Assembly: GCF_006345805.1 (NCBI RefSeq) | Contig: NW_021833831.1 | Coordinates: 1-54,163 of the forward strand | Direction of reading: 5' to 3' | Length of the DNA stretch: 54,163 bases | From: Octopus sinensis | Lineage: Eukaryota | In this document: piece after piece, positions 1 to 12,049 of the stretch | How positions within the stretch are numbered: position 1 is the first letter of the stretch | How the letters are laid out: the number at the start of each line of letters is the position of its first letter | The notes under the pieces: generated by a model | What the model was told of the DNA's origin: nothing | What the model saw: the letters and a program-made list of their open reading frames with translations, nothing else | Databases searched by the model: none | Made by a program: the position numbers and the translations under genes

Positions 1-171
1 GCATGCTTTGTCAGTCAGTATGATGATGTTGACGATGTTGGTTACTATGCCGAACGTACAAACTACTAAGCTGAGGTAGCCGTGGATGTACCAGTAGCGG
101 AGAGCAAATCGGTTCAGTAAACTTTCTTCTTCGCTGCCACTCTCGTCTTCGGTCAAGGAAATGTTAAGCAT
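1..171 (-). CDS. Class A (rhodopsin-like) peptide GPCR, N-terminus plus TM1; myosuppressin/sex-peptide/FMRFamide-receptor-like; truncated by window edge
   Basis: Minus translation MLNISLTEDESGSEEESLLNRFALRYWYIHGYLSLVVCTFGIVTNIVNIIILTDKAC has an N-glycosylation sequon (NIS) and an HGYLSLVVCxFGIxxNxxNIIIL TM1 motif typical of this receptor group. Below the 60-aa ORF-track cutoff. Confidence 0.85.
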   Translation of the reverse strand, partial: MLNISLTEDESGSEEESLLNRFALRYWYIHGYLSLVVCTFGIVTNIVNIIILTDKAC

Positions 172-190
172 CTTTACAATTTGGCAATAT

Positions 191-230
191 CTGAAAAAGT
201 TAAAGAAACAGAAAAGAAGACAATTAGCAA
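191..230 (-). other. Splice acceptor upstream of the GPCR coding exon
   Basis: Minus strand reads ctaattgtcttcttttctgtttctttaactttttcag|atattgcc: branch-like ctaat, long pyrimidine tract and AG at 192-191, 19 nt before the ATG. Confidence 0.7.
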
Positions 231-818
231 ATTTTGCATAATTAACAATATCCTCTCCTCCAAATTCACGACCTCCCACTTTTCTACTCCTTTTTACTCG
301 GGTTTTATATGCAAACATAGATTCAAACATACTTTTCTCTAAGTATTATTCTCTGGTATGCTTTCCCTTTTTTCTCTTCCCTGCTACCCAACTTTATACA
401 TCCCTCCTCTTCTTTTTGTCACTTTCTCTCTTTATCCTTCCCCCCTTCCCTCTCCCTTTCTCCACTTATTCTTCACCCTAATTTAGCCAACGACTTCTAC
501 TGCTACGAACATATATATTGAACCCTTTCTATCAACTGGTTTATATTTTGAAAAATTTTAACTAAGTTGTTGCATAATAGATGCATTCCCTATCAACACT
601 CGAATCTTATGTATTAAATGGTTTCAAAATATCACTATATGATTTGACGTCAGTTTTACTGTTCAGGGTCAAAACACCCGATGATCGTTGAGTACCGTCT
701 AATGATATCCGTTCCTCCCGGCCAAAGTTCCATCCACTTTGGAGATTGGAAAAAAAGCAATTTCTTCTAGATGTAACAATAGCATAAGAACTGCCTGTCT
801 ATCTGTATATAATATATA

Positions 819-1007
819 TTATATATAGATATATATAGTATGATATATATATATACGATATATGTATATGGCTACGTATGTATGTATGTATGTATGATAT
901 GTATGTATGTATGTATGTATGTGTATATGTATAGATATATATATATATATGTATGTATGTATGTATGCATGTATGTATGATGTATGTATGGTATATATAT
1001 ATATGTA

Positions 1008-1043
<36 letters not shown>

Positions 1044-1308
1044 TGCATGTATGTATGTATGTGTATATAATATATATATGTATATAATATGTATGTTGTA
1101 TGTATGCATGCATGTATGTATGTATGGTATGTATGTATGTATGTATGTATGTATGCATGTATGGTATGTATGTGTATATATATATATGTAGATATATATG
1201 GATGTATGTATGTATGTATGTATGTATGTATGTATGTATGTATGGTATGCATGTATGTATGCATGTATGTATGTATATTATATATATATTATATATATAT
1301 ATATATGA
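819..1308. repeat. Compound (TA)n/(TATG)n microsatellite
   Basis: Directly visible; source of the HTYI/MYVC pseudo-ORFs. Confidence 0.97.
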
Positions 1309-1309
1309 T

Positions 1310-2100
1310 AGTTGTCTACTCTTTATGCAGAGTCTGACCGCCTCTTGTACCTCCATCTTAGATCCATCATGGGGTCTGATGTGGCTTTTAAAACCAGACA
1401 ATGTATTGAAAAGACACCCACATAGCTTGTAGCTTGCATATATCGGATTTGGACCACCAAGGGCTGCAGTTAAGTTCTCATCTTTGTAGATCTTAAAATG
1501 TCTTTTGAGGCCTTCGTTAGATTTGCAGACCTTATAGTATACACAGCATTGAAAGTTGTGCTCAGATATATAGGCAGAAGATTTGGCGGAGATTTGTCTT
1601 TCATGAGTCCGCGAATGAGATTTGAGCCCAGCAAAAGAAAAGCATGGTCTGTCACAAACTGTACACAAAAAGGTTATTGTTATTAACCTTCTCGATCATA
1701 ACATTCTTCTTTAAATCTCTCTCGAGTCTTGCATGCGTTATCCTGGCCTCTTCAAACGCTTTCACTCCACTCCACACTTTTGTTCGCTATCCCTCTCGAT
1801 CCGAAGCAAGGGTTTCTACGTTCTCTAGATCCATTCCAAGTGACTTCATGGTAGTCCTTATGCCGTCCCTTAACCTCTTTCTAGGTTTACACCGATAACA
1901 TTTCCCTTCTGCAAACTCACCACAAAACAGCTTTTTGGGTGCGCGTTCATCCGCCATTCGAACAATATGGCCAGACAATTTCATTTGAATTTTCAGAAAA
2001 ACTGCTTTAATTGAAGTGATGCCTGCAGACGCAAGGACATCTGTGTTTGGAGTAAAAGAACTCCATTTAATGTTTAAAATGCGATGAAGGAGTTTATGTT
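1310..2100 (-). mobile_element. RTE-clade LINE, 5'-truncated 3' end with three C-terminal C2H2-type zinc fingers (decayed)
   Basis: KLSGHIVRMADERAPKKLFCGEFAEGK..KPRKRLRD matches the RTE C-terminus. After a frameshift come CTVCDRPCFSFAGLKSHSRTH, a degenerate finger (..KVCKSNEGLKRHFKIY) and KLCGCLFNTLSGFKSHIRPH. Confidence 0.85.
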
Positions 2101-2140
2101 AACAACAAACAAGATGATGACACATATCCGTCAATTGTAA

Positions 2141-2553
2141 ATACTCTTTTACTCTTTTACTTGTATCAGTCAGTTGACTGCGGCCATGCTGGAGCACCGC
2201 CTTTAGTCGAGCAAATCGACCCCGGGACTTATTCTTTGTAAGCCCAGTACTTATTCTATCGGTCTCTTTTTGCCGAACCGCTAAGTGACGGGGATGTAAA
2301 CACACCAGCATCAGTTGTCAAGCAATGCTAGGGGGACAAACACAGACACACAAACACACACACGCATATACATATATATATATATATATACGACGGGCTT
2401 CTTTCAGTTTCCGTCTACCAAATCCACTCACAAGGCATTGGTCGGCCCGAGGCTATAGTAGAAGACACTTGCCGAAGGTGCCACGCAGTGGGACTGAACC
2501 CGGAATCATGTGGTTGGTTAGCAAGCTACTTACCACACAGCCACTCCTGCACC
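2141..2553 (-). mobile_element. tRNA-derived SINE, family A (internal (TA)/(TG) microsatellite), near full length
   Basis: Head taggtgcaggagtggctgtgtggtaag..gggttcagtcccact (A/B-box like); body ttagcggttcggcaaaaagagaccgatagaataagtac recurs across the window; (AGTAAAA)-like tail. Confidence 0.9.
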
Positions 2554-3152
2554 TATAATAATGTAAAGAATGCAAGAAAGTTCTCCAGAAAAGTTAACAA
2601 GGAATCTTTTAAAAGTCTTTCCCCCGCAGTTAACAAAGAACTTACCACATCAACAAACCTAACTGTAAAACTATATTATTGAAAAATTTTATTTTGATTA
2701 GAACACACGTCAACGCCAAAAAAAGGCTATGACAAAACATCTCATAGCTTTAAACGCTAACATCAGATTTTCGGAACAGTTACAGCAAGATATTACTGTC
2801 CAACAAGCTCTACTGACGCAGATACCTCGCCACCAAGGACGACATCTAGAGCGAAAGGAGGCGGGGAGGGGCTGAAAGCTGTCGACAGCCAAGAAAGCCG
2901 TTTACTACTGTCATTTAGAAAGATTGTTTTGAAGAGAGGGTGAGCAACATGGCTGCTCACACACAGAACGGTCGAAAGAAATGGATCAGTAAATGAGCTC
3001 ATCTGTCTTCTTCAGTTTCATGCCCTTTTTTTTTAATTAAAAGAAAACCTGATGCTTTTCTTTCCTGTCAAGCACATAATTGTTTGAGAGGCCACGGACT
3101 TGGAATGGGTAATGTTTCAGTTACTTAAGAGAGTAAGATATAGACAACGATT

Positions 3153-3174
3153 CACACACACACACACACACACA

Positions 3175-3208
<34 letters not shown>

Positions 3209-3340
3209 ACACACACACACGCAGACACACACACACACACATACACACACACGCAGACACACACACGCAGACACACACACGCAGACACACACACACACGC
3301 GCACACACACGTACAAACACACACATACACACACACGCAG

Positions 3341-3371
<31 letters not shown>

Positions 3372-3641
3372 CACACACACGTACAAACACACACATGCAC
3401 ACACACACGCAGACACACACACACACATATATATGTATATGTATTTATATATGTATGTAAGTATATATATGTGTGTGTGTCTCTATGTATGTATATATAT
3501 ATACATACATACTACATACATACATACATACATGTACACATGTATAAATAATTAGATATACAGATTAATAGATAAATAAATAAACAGATATATATTTATA
3601 GATAGACAGATATACAGACATATAGTATAAGAGGGAGAGTA

Positions 3642-3705
<64 letters not shown>

Positions 3706-3730
3706 GGAGAGAGAGAGAGAGAGTGAGAGA
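3153..3730. repeat. Compound (CA)n/(CACG)/(TA)n/(GATA)n/(GA)n simple repeats
   Basis: Directly visible. Confidence 0.95.
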
Positions 3731-4216
3731 GAGGATATAGGATACAAAGACGAATTGAAAGACTTAGGGAGATGAGATAAATGACGATTGTGAATACAGA
3801 CGTCTGGATGTACATGAAACGTATAAACATGCTGATTAATAGGAAGGCGTCTAAGCAATTTTTGCAATGGCCAACGTTCTGTGAGGCAGGAGAGTCTGCC
3901 AAACTCATCAAATCTATTTATCGTGTCCAAAGCTGGCTTTTAGCACTAAGGTGCCGGCGAACGTGGGCGACAACGCAATTTTCTCAGACACGTTATAACA
4001 TTCCCATTACGGAGCTGTTGCTGCGTTGTCAAATGTTATCCATTTCATTGAATGTTGTGCAGTATGTCAGCAGTTCAATTGAGTCCTACTGATCTCCCTC
4101 ACTTACTTGAGAAGGTTGGATTATTTGAATACATGTATAAATATGTTTGTGTGTGTGCGTGTATGTGAGTGTATGCCAATCTACACACACACACACGCAC
4201 ACACACATACACACAT

Positions 4217-4273
<57 letters not shown>

Positions 4274-4669
4274 GTATATAAACACATATATATGCATTAT
4301 ATCTATATGTATATAATGTATATGTACATGTATCCACACAGTATGTACAGGTATTATATGAATATATACGCACACACACACACACACACATATACACACA
4401 TACTTCCAACCTAAAACCTTTTATGGATATAATATAGCGAATAATTTGGATGTATTTATTAAATATTTTTCAACAAAGTTCAGATTAAACATCGCCCAAA
4501 TACACACACAAATACACATTTACACGCAATCACACATACACACAAATACACGCAATCAGACACACTCATACACACACACACACACACTCACACACACACA
4601 CGAATACACACATGACACACTCGCGCACCCGTGCATACACAAAGACAAAGAATGACTGCGACCCGATTT

Positions 4670-4825
4670 CGCGCATTGCCGCCATTTGGCTGTTTTCTCA
4701 ATCGATAGGTTTGCAGTCCTGCAAAGAAGCACGAGTCTTTTACACAGCTGCGTCAATGATTGGCGTCTCATGTAACAGGTATTCTAGGAGCTTGCTGACT
4801 CTTTCTGACTCGTGCTGACTCATGC
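4670..4825 (-). promoter_or_regulatory. Candidate promoter/enhancer motif cluster
   Basis: CpG-containing non-repeat stretch. On minus: AP-1 TGAGTCA (4816-4822), CCAAT (4759-4763), CRE-like TGACGCA (4749-4755), TATA-like TGTAAAA (4738-4744), YY1-like AAATGGCGGC (4678-4687). Confidence 0.3.
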
Positions 4826-5439
4826 CCTCATTCTTTGAATTTTTCATGGAGAGTGATGCCTCTTACGCTTACATCCAGACATAGGAATGCAACACATATT
4901 AGAGATGCAAAAATTCAAGCGATGCCCGTCCCCGAAGTGTCTTAAACTGAAGAAACACCTTGCACAGGGTCAATTTCACTTTCTAAACATGGGATGCATT
5001 TAACGAAAGAATTAACCGACTGTATTGTGTGCATGCGTATGTGTTTGTATATGCATATATATATATATATATTATATATATATATATATATTATTAATAA
5101 ATATAAGGGTAGCAAAAATCTCTAGAAGAATTCTCCGCTACCAGCGGTCTAGCGAGAAAGAAAAGATAGTCAAAGACTATATAATATACATTCAACAATA
5201 TAAGGAATGGCCATAATAGGCCATTCGACTCCCTAGAAAGAGCAGCCAAACTCAAACAGCTAAATAGTTGTAATTCTGAAATTGAAAGAGAAATAAAAAC
5301 ATTTACCTCTTTCATCTCGGGACTATGCATAGTTTCGACAAACTTTTGTAAACACATTAATTAAATTAAATTAAATTTATTTACAACTGGCGTGTCTCGT
5401 CAGCAGAGAAGCCGAGGACGAGTATATATCCACGAGGCG

Positions 5440-5470
<31 letters not shown>

Positions 5471-5829
5471 CCATTGGTGTCCCATGACTAGTAGGTTCGT
5501 GTTCTCAGTGACGAAGGTGCATGTGACTTCGTAGTCCAAAGTTGGAAGCACGCAGGCGCCTACAGATGTCACAGCAACGATCTGTTGAGTGGATTGAGGC
5601 GGATGCTGCATTGGGTTTCTGGCAGAAGAATGGCAACAGACAGTAGAAGAGGATGGGATATAATCTAATGAATGAACGCTCTTCGTTTGTAATTTGTTTG
5701 CACTTTTAATTAACGCTTCAAATACGAACGCAAAATTTCACTCAACCTGGCATACATATTAACTAATAATTAGATACGTGCAAGTGGATCTGTACACACA
5801 TACAGATACCTACGCACACATACACAACA

Positions 5830-5995
5830 GCGATGTTAGACAGGCCTGCATGGGTGGCCCGACCTCTTCGACTATCATCAATTATCTGATGACTATGGCC
5901 TCTGTGTGAGTTTCTGGCGTTACTTTTAGGAACTACCACAATACCGAACTGAAGTATTTGGATGATATCACTCTATTCAGCAACATGACCAGTGT
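5830..5995 (+). mobile_element. Small decayed non-LTR (RTE-like) reverse transcriptase fragment
   Basis: Translates HNTELKYLDDITLFSNM, resembling the RT YADD motif region. Confidence 0.4.
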
Positions 5996-6090
5996 GCATA
6001 TGTATGTACATTTTCGTATGTATATATGCATATATATATTATTTATATTATTATATGATTGAACGCCACGCATCCTTTTCCAAGTATGTA

Positions 6091-6140
<50 letters not shown>

Positions 6141-6147
6141 ATATATG

Positions 6148-6378
6148 TTTCTTTATTACCCACAAGGGGCTAAAGATAGAGGGGACAAACAGGACAGAAA
6201 AAACGGATTAAGACGATTACATCGACCCCAGTGCTTATCTGGTACTTAATTTATCGACCCCGAAAGGATGAAAGGCAAAGTCGACCTCGGCGGAATTGAA
6301 CTCAGAACGTAACGGCAGACGAAATACGACTACGCATTTCGCCCGGCGTGCTAACGGTTCTGCCAGCTCGCCGCCTTT
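6148..6378 (-). mobile_element. tRNA-derived SINE, family B
   Basis: ggcggcgagctggcagaaccgttagc..gttctgagttcaattcc..gcctttcatcctttcggggtcgat..ccccttgtgggtaataaagaaa on minus. Confidence 0.9.
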
Positions 6379-6405
6379 ATATATATACATATATATTATA
6401 TATAA

Positions 6406-6499
<94 letters not shown>

Positions 6500-6593
6500 T
6501 ATATATATATAATTATATATATATATAATATATATAATATATAATATATATATATCTATAATATATATATATTATATATATATGTATATCTAT

Positions 6594-6822
6594 AAAGGCG
6601 CGAGCTGGCAGAACCGTTAGCACGCCGGCGAAATGCGTAGTCGTATTTCGTCTGCCGTTACGTTCTGAGTTCAAATTCCGCCGAGGTCGACTTTGCCTTT
6701 CATCCTTTCGGGGTCGATATTAAGTACCAGATAAGCACTGGGTTCGATGTAATCGTCTTAATCCGTTTTTTCTGTCCTTGTTTGTCCCCTCTATCTTTAG
6801 CCCTTTGTGGGTAATAAAGAAA
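6594..6822 (+). mobile_element. tRNA-derived SINE, family B (mirror of 6148-6378)
   Basis: Same sequence on plus. Confidence 0.9.
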
Positions 6823-6828
6823 CATATA

Positions 6829-6871
<43 letters not shown>

Positions 6872-7133
6872 TATTATATACATATATACCTACTTGGAAA
6901 AGGATGCGTGGCGTTCAATCATATATAATATAAATAATATATATATGCATATATACATCGAAATGTACATACATATATATATATATATATATAATATATA
7001 TATATACATATATATATATTACATATATATACATATATATATATAATATATATACATACATATATATATATATATAATATATATATACATATATATACAT
7101 ATATATATATATATAATATATATATATATATAC

Positions 7134-7185
<52 letters not shown>

Positions 7186-7204
7186 ATATATAATATATAT
7201 ATAT

Positions 7205-7620
7205 GATTAGCTCAACTCTGGTAAGCAACCACAACCTAATCCGAGGAAAGGGTATAAAGATTCTGTAATGAAAACCTGAAGAAACTATACTTGGACAAAA
7301 GTGATTTGGAAATTGATGTTCTAAATGGGAATAAGTAGAGAGGTGCTGTTGGGCCTGGTTTCCATGCCTGGGAGGAAAAGGTGATTCAGCACTCTGAGTT
7401 TAAAAGGGTCTGTCACAAAGGAACAATCTGGAACTGTGATCAACAGTGAACATTGGATATGTTTTATACGTGATAATATTCTGTGTGTCAAAAGCAGGAT
7501 ACGTGAATCATATGACGTCACATGAAAATCGAAATACCCAGGTAGGTAATAATCATGAACCTCACAACCGCCTCTTACAACCTGTGTCACAAAACTTGTA
7601 AGACAATATCTGGACTTAGA
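7205..7620 (+). mobile_element. Decayed RTE LINE 3' fragment
   Basis: LNSGKQPQPNPRKGYKDSVMKT resembles RTE C-terminal GKRPRGKPRKRYKD; many stops. Confidence 0.45.
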
Positions 7621-8247
7621 GGACAATATGCAAGTTTACAAAAACATTCGTTCAGAATCAGATTAAAAAGGTCAAAAATATGGAAGAAACTGTTATTTGT
7701 GTTTTAAAACCTGTTAGTCAGCAGCTGGTCTTAAATGTTATCTGAGGGCTCATCAACGGAGTGATTGTGCTGGATGAAGCAATGATAATATATATGTATA
7801 TATAAATATACGTATATCTGCATATGTATATACATAAATATATAAAGAATATGAGGGGTTTAGTTCACTGATAATCTAAAGCTATAGGTACGCTGCGGCG
7901 TAAGTGCTATAATTGGTCATCCATTACATTCCAAATTCATAGCTGATGCTGGAGCTAAGGAAATGTAATAGGCTTCCAAGTCAGCGGGTATATATCAAAG
8001 GAAAAGGAAAACAAAAGGCAGGACGAGCATCTCAGGTTATTTAGAATATTTAATTGAAATAAAGGTGCATCAAAAAAGGAGATTCTAATTAAATATGGTA
8101 AATGACCCGAGCTGCTCGTCTGACACTTCTAGACACACATATTTGCAGTAAATATTTTAGTTGGTAGAAAACTATATTTTTCTGCCGAATATATATATAT
8201 ATATATGCTTGTATGTGTGTGTATGTGTGTGTGCGTGTGTGTGTATG

Positions 8248-8282
<35 letters not shown>

Positions 8283-8289
8283 GTATGTA

Positions 8290-8500
8290 TGTGTGTCTGT
8301 GTTTGTATCTGTGTTTGTAGCCCACTGTTTGACAACAAGTGTTGATTTGTTTACTTTCCCGCAACGAAGCGGTTCGGCAAAAGACACCGATAGAGTAAGC
8401 ACAAAACTTTTTAAAATGTGTTATAAAAGCGATTTGTCCGACTAAAGAGTTTCATGGACAGAACTCCAGCATGGTCGCAGTCCAGCGACAGAAACAAAAG
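8290..8500 (+). mobile_element. Family-A SINE 3' half
   Basis: gcggttcggcaaaagacaccgatagagtaagc..ctccagcatggtcgcag. Confidence 0.8.
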
Positions 8501-8529
8501 ACTATATACATACACACATACTTAATACA

Positions 8530-8704
8530 CATGTATGTATGTATGTATGTATGTATGTATGTATGTATGTATGTATGTATGTATGTATGTATGTATGTAT
8601 GTATGTATTTATGTATGTATGTATGTATGTATGTATTATGTATGTATGTATGTATGTATGTATGTATGTAGGTATGTATGTATGTATGTATGTATTTATG
8701 TATG

Positions 8705-8738
<34 letters not shown>

Positions 8739-9292
8739 TTTATGTATGTATGTATGTATGTATGTATGTAGGTATGTATGTATGTATGTATGTATGTATT
8801 TATGTATGTATGTATGTAGGTATGTATGTATGTATGTATGTAGGTAGGTATGTATGTAGGTATGTATGTATGTATGTATGTATTTATGTATATATGTATG
8901 TATGTATGTATTTATGTATGTATGTATGTATGTATGTATGTATGTATGTATGCAAGTATGTATGTATGTATGTATGTATTTATGTATGTATGTATGTATG
9001 TATGTATGTATGTATGTATGCAAGTATGTATATATGTATGTATGTATTTATGTATGTATGTATGTATGTATGTATGTATGTATGTATGTATGTATGCAAG
9101 TATGTATATATGTATGTATGTATTTATGTATGTATGTATGTATGTATTTTGTATGTATGTATGTATGTATTTATGTATGTATGTATGTATGTATGTATGT
9201 ATGTATGTATGTATGCAAGTATGTATGTATGTATGTATGTATTTATGTATGTATGTATGTATGTATGTATGTATGTATGTATGTATGTATGT
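8530..9292. repeat. ~760-bp (TATG)n tetranucleotide array with tagg/ttta/caag variants
   Basis: Directly visible. Confidence 0.98.
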
Positions 9293-9435
9293 AGTCTTAA
9301 TGTCAGTTTTAATTTATTATCCTTCAGACAACGTTTTCTACGACAGAGTTAATTTCAGTAAACAAATGCCAAGAAAACAGTTATAACTTCACAGGAAAAT
9401 CTTATTACTCCCATGCTTGACATCTTTCTTTGTGG

Positions 9436-9467
<32 letters not shown>

Positions 9468-9869
9468 TTGCTTTATTTTCATAGCAAGTCTCTACATATC
9501 TTAAGCACATATAAATGTACTTTAACGATAGAAAATATTAAAATTACTGTCGTGCTGCGATGATGTTTTAATAATTTCTAAACAGTTGTCAACCGAACAA
9601 TTATAATATGCAAATTAGCACACATTACTGTCACTAAAACATGGAGTTTTCTATGAAGCTATTGTGTTGACAGCATGGCGACATTGAATAAATAAACGGG
9701 TATCTGTTGAAACCTAAATTGCAATTACATACACACCACACCAAAAATCCAAGGTAACTTCATCCATTTATCTTTTCCAAAGAAAAATATAAGATTAAAA
9801 CATGCGCATTCATCAGTTATAGTAAGTTCAAACAGAAAATTAAATGCTATGGTGGTCTTTTCTAATATA

Positions 9870-10050
9870 GGTATAACGTCTGGAATTTTTGTGGAGAAGA
9901 GTTAGTCGATTACATAGAGCCCAGTGTGTAACTGGTACTTTATTTTATTGATCCCGAAAAAGTGAAAGGCAAAGTTGGCTTCGGTTGAATTTCGACCGAG
10001 AACCTAAGAAGCTGTAAAAACTGTATGAACGTATCAGCTAATTTTTTCCG
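9870..10050 (-). mobile_element. Diverged family-B-like SINE
   Basis: gtcgattacat..ccagtgtgtaactggtactttatttt..gatcccgaaa..gaaaggcaaagt. Confidence 0.6.
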
Positions 10051-10080
10051 ACAATAATAATAATAATAATAATAATAATA

Positions 10081-10128
<48 letters not shown>

Positions 10129-10149
10129 GTAATAATAATCCAGAACCCA

Positions 10150-11966
10150 GAGCAAATACCTGCCTGGCTATCCGAAGAAATAACATACCATCTACCAAAA
10201 ACTGAAAGTACGAAAAATCCGAAGAGCTATCGACCAATAATATGTCTCAGCACCACCTAGAGATCCTCACATCCATGCTAACTGAAATAATGTACACCAT
10301 CCTGGAACAGAACTCTCTCTATCCTTCCACAAGCTCAAAAAGGTTGTAAAAGGGATTCTTATGGATGCAAAGATCAATTACGCATAAATAAAGATTGAAG
10401 AGAACTGCCGGAGCAACAAGAACAACCTCAGTACAGCATAGAAAGACTACAGGAAAGCATTTGATAGTGTCCCACATAATTGGCTACTCAAGGTCCTTGA
10501 GATATACAAGATCTGTCCTGTCGTCTACAAATTCTGACAAGATAGCATGGCCAAGTGGAATGCACGTCTCCTTCTGAACCAAAGTAATAGGATGAGCCTA
10601 TCTAACAACATCGACATCAAACGAGGCATCTTTCAAGGGGAATCTCTCTCCACATTACTCTTTTGCATGGCACTGATCCCACTCTCAAACGAACCGAGTA
10701 TGGATTTAAAGTGTATAATATAGTAAATCACCTGTTTTATATGGACGATCTGAAGCTGTTTGCTAGAAGTGACCAAGAGCTTGTGGGGCTGTTAACAACT
10801 GTTAAAGAGTTCAGCAATGACATCGGGATGGAGTTTGGGCTTGATAAGTGTGCTAAAATAACTGTTTTAAGGGGAAAGCTGAAGCAAACAGCTTCCATTA
10901 AATTAGGTACTGTCACTATCATCAAGGAGCTTGACCCACAAGGAAGCTGTAAATACCTGGGGATAAACGAAGGAGATGGTATACAACATGCTACCATGAA
11001 GGTAAAATAAGAAACGAGTATTATAGGAGAATAAGACTCATACTAGAAACTGAACTCAACTCCAAAAATAGCCGGAAACCTCTGCATGGACAGTGTATAC
11101 TTCGAAGTCGAAATACTGATGTGGACCAAGCAACAACCCATCAGTGGCTGAGAAGCTCAGGACTGAAAGCAGAGACTGAAGGTTTTATATTAGCGACACA
11201 AGATCAACGCTTGCTTACAAAAAACTACCAGGCTAACGTTCTTCAAAATTACCCTAAATGCAGATTCTTCGATAAATTTGACGAAACAATATACCATCTC
11301 GTCTCGGGATGTCCTGAGATGACACCAAACTAATATAAAAATCGCCACGATAGGGTAGGAAATATTTACATTGGAAAATATGTAAACACTACAAAATCAG
11401 CACTCCTGCTTACTGGTATGAACATCATCCTGAGCCAGTCGCTGAAGGTAAAAATGTCACTATCCTTCAGGGATTTTCCAGTTACCACTGACAGAACGAT
11501 CCAGGTTAATCGACCAGACATAGTCATTAAAGACAGAGAAAACAATACTTGTGGACTAATATATGTGAGTGTTCCCACTGATAAAACTATATCTGTAAAG
11601 GAATTTGACAAATTAGGTAAATATTAAGATCTGGAAATTGAAATACAAAAGATGTGTCATTTTAAAGCGAGAACTGTTCCTATTATTGTAGGTGCCTTAG
11701 GTATGATAAGGGATATAGATAATATCCCAGGAGAACCATTTCTCAGAGAAATCCAAAAGATTGTGCTGACAAGTACTGCCCACATCCTTAAAAGTCCCCT
11801 ATCAATTTAGATGAGTGTTGTATTACATGAAGATATTTCGCTACTGCCCGTCACTTGCTTTCCCCAAGCTTTCTGTCATGCTGTAATATCTTTTATCCTT
11901 CACTCGCCTTAGGACGCTGGTTGTGCCTCGGCGAGTGATTGTAATAAATATTCAGATCAAAAATAA
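10150..11966 (+). mobile_element. R4/Dong-type RT-RLE non-LTR retrotransposon, decayed and internally deleted, followed by (GAA)n
   Basis: RT motifs RGIFQG and LFYMDDLKLFA..GMEFGLDKCA..KYLG; WLRSSGLKAETEGF..QDQ; zinc knuckle C..ETIYHLVSGC; RHDRVGKYLHWKIC; RLE RPDIVIKD..KY*DLEIE; multiple frameshifts. Confidence 0.92.
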
Positions 11967-11995
11967 AGAAGAAGAAGAAGAAGAAGAAGAAGAAG

Positions 11996-12024
<29 letters not shown>
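11967..12024. repeat. (GAA)n microsatellite
   Basis: Directly visible. Confidence 0.97.
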
Positions 12025-12026
<2 letters not shown>

Positions 12027-12049
12027 TTGACCTTTTAAAATGTGCGTTG

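Larger units (their letters stand above)
6000..6975. repeat. Fold-back duplication (~380-nt arms) around a (TA)n tract; each arm contains a family-B SINE
   Basis: 6000-6378 is the reverse complement of 6594-6975 and differs mostly by small indels. Confidence 0.92.

Noticed and set aside
799-1308. 289-aa ORF (799-1668) and the many MYVC/HTYI/CVCV/YIYI/poly-L/poly-Q ORFs
   Set aside because: Read-through of microsatellites. Only the first ~120 aa of the 289-aa ORF are meaningful, and they belong to the RTE element.
1310-1668. Host C2H2 zinc-finger gene
   Set aside because: Contiguous with the RTE C-terminus, no splice signals, and it ends in a microsatellite tail.
2480-2553. tRNA genes at SINE heads (also 38050-38107, 41425-41490, 46380-46431)
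   Set aside because: They have A/B boxes but no complete cloverleaf, and continue into SINE bodies with TSDs.
3781-4092. 103-aa plus-strand ORF in unique sequence
   Set aside because: No recognisable domain or exon signals; more likely non-coding.
5873-5900. CTGATGA motif
   Set aside because: No downstream GAAA or stems.
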